A stretch of DNA of 64,000 bases from Macrostomum hystrix (Eukaryota > Animalia > Platyhelminthes): the NCBI GenBank assembly GCA_950097015.1, contig CATNEN010000001.1, positions 18,228,001 to 18,292,000 of the forward strand, given 5' to 3'. Each line of letters starts with the position of its first letter. Position 1 is the stretch's first letter. Position numbers and translations under genes: made by a program. Below are positions 62,039-64,000 of this stretch, one piece after another. The notes beneath the pieces are model-generated. The model was not told where the DNA came from and searched no databases. It saw nothing but the letters and a program-made list of their open reading frames with translations.

Positions 62039-64000
62039 TTAATCGGAGTCGCTATCAGAAGACTCCGAATCTTCTGAAGCAACCGCTTCATTAGCGCTCT
62101 GACTCAGTGTGCTGAGGGAGAACTTATTCGCAAGAAGATATTTTACAGCATCAGTCACGCTTTTACTTGCAACATCTTCAAGCAGTCTTCTAAACAATTC
62201 CCGAAATTGAGCGGCTAAGCCCGGCTGATTCGCTAAGTCATCACAGAGGCTCTGCAAATTAACCTGAAGGTCAACCCACTCATCTGAAATAATATGCGCT
62301 TCTTCTTTTAGGCGTTTATATTTGATACTGACGTCTATAGCCCGCTGACGAAATCGGATGGAAAGGTCGGTTCCAGACAAATGTTCATATTTCGCACTAC
62401 GCGGTTTTTTATATTCATCGAAAGAAGCTCTGTCTTCAATTGGAAGACGAGCGTAGAGTTTTTTCATGTCGGATGCATAACTTTTAACCTTTCGCAAGCA
62501 CATTCTGGTTTGACTTTGGCCAACTGACTTACCAACCTGTTTACTCCAATGATCTCTGTGCACTGCAAGAGCGCGTAGCTCACATAGGATATCATCTTCC
62601 GAGTTGTGTACAGCTACTCGGAGGGAATCTTCATACCATTGGGAGCCTAAATCCAAAATTTCATCCTCAGAGATGACCAGACTGTCATTTAGGACCCCCG
62701 AGTGCTGCAAAATCGCAGACTGGCTTTGTAGCTCTTTTAGTTCACTTAGAATGCTTTTTCCCGCACCTACCATAAGCTTAATACGTTGTGTAAACCACCC
62801 AGAAGCGCTAAGAAGCTGTTGTGCATTAAAGAAGTATAGAATATGCGCCATGTATTGTGCTCGTCGGTCTTTTCGCATGTACTTTAAAAACTTACCGAAC
62901 GGCCTGAGTTGAGACCAGGCTCGCTCAGTATTCTCTCCATCGCATAGACCTGCGCCTGGAGTAACGCGAACAGAAAACTTTTTTTGACAACTGGGCAGGT
63001 GACCAAGAGCATGAAAAGCGTTTATTGCACAGCTACTCGCTTGAATGTTGGCACCAGACTTCGCAATAGCGGACGTAACCCGGCTGGATACGCGACAGCC
63101 TGTGAATTGGGATAAAGAGTAAGTCATGTTGTCATATAACTGTACACAAGCAACAGTATTTCATAGATTGTACGCATTTTATAAATTAATAATAAACTTA
63201 CCCACGTCATATACGACAAGTAATTCCTTAGACACTTTGACGTTTCGCAGAAAGTGTTCAAGGCACTGTTCCAGGTAGCAAAACTTTTCTCGACCAGTTG
63301 TGATATTTGAGCCACACAAAAGGCGATTGTGACGACAGAATAATCCAAAGAAACCCGTGACATCATGTCTCTGCTCACGGCTTAATGGTTCATGAGCACC
63401 GGCCTTCCAATTAGGACAATTCTGTTCCTCTGCTCGATTTTTTGGCACATCCGCTTTAATATCTACATAGACAAGCGGCGTAGGTAATGGACGACCATCT
63501 GATGGTATTTCCAGTTGTGTACGCCCCCTGGCTTTAAAGCGCTGCCAACCAAATAGAGCATCTGCACAGACAACAGTTTTGCGCACAGCGTGATTATCTG
63601 GACAGAGAAGACAATTATTTGGCCATTTTGCTGAGGCCATTTGCAGGTGGCGAAACCGCAGCAAAACATCATGTCGTTGAATGCGTTGATAAGTGCTTTT
63701 TACTAGAGCCAAATTATATGTACCTTGTCCCAGAGTTGGCCCAATGAGCAGTGTACTGACCGCTCTGTGAACAGGCAACTGCCCAGTCATACACAAACTG
63801 TCTAGCAGGGACAAAAAGGTAAAAGAAAAGAATGCATACCCATCTGAATCAGGCTTTGACCCTTCGCAACAAGGGAAGAACCCTTGGGAAAGGAGTGCAC
63901 CAATAAGATCACAGGAGTCGCAGGTAATAAAAATGACCTTTACGCTTCCAGCCAGATCTATAAGGTCAACTTTTGTAGCCGCACAGACATTCAGATTCAA
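62039..64000 (-). CDS. CxC cysteine cluster + KDZ (Kyakuja-Dileera-Zisupton) transposase; 5' part beyond the window; intron 63100-63201
   Basis: CDSC...LLSQGFFP...AFFSFTFLSLL (CxC-like), CLLCP, CADALF, DVTGFFGLFCRH, GREK, splice-restored VVYDVGC, FHALGHLPSC, GAGLCDGENTERAWSQL; junction G|GTAAGT to TTCACAG|GC is in frame. Confidence 0.88.

Overview
Repeat-dense eukaryotic (invertebrate-like, intron-containing) DNA with no recognisable ordinary host gene. A Macrostomum-like flatworm origin is a guess from the minisatellite load only. 1-10 kb is minisatellite arrays. 10561-24561 is a ~14 kb CACTA/EnSpm (CMC) DNA transposon bounded by CCCGGTGTAAAAA terminal inverted repeats. It holds a spliced, inactivated transposase and two apparently intact co-oriented spliced cargo genes: an ELF/E74-like ETS transcription factor and a ~102-aa three-exon protein with two ET-domain-binding-like motifs (LKIRLKR, LIVRFKR) and a SIM-like acidic tail. 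Two solo LTRs and several SINEs are nested inside it. 24562-33671 is a non-autonomous Gypsy-like LTR element (gag, protease, an orphan ORF, no RT/RNase H/integrase) with a predicted antisense spliced unit, followed by a related solo LTR. 44376-48867 is an intact, young, GC-rich Gypsy element whose ATG abuts the LTR. A hAT transposase remnant lies near 54 kb and more satellites at 55-59 kb. The right end carries a spliced CxC-KDZ transposase followed by two paralogous C2H2-like zinc-finger ORFs that share a conserved non-coding module. All splice models were read by eye and none has been checked against transcripts or databases.
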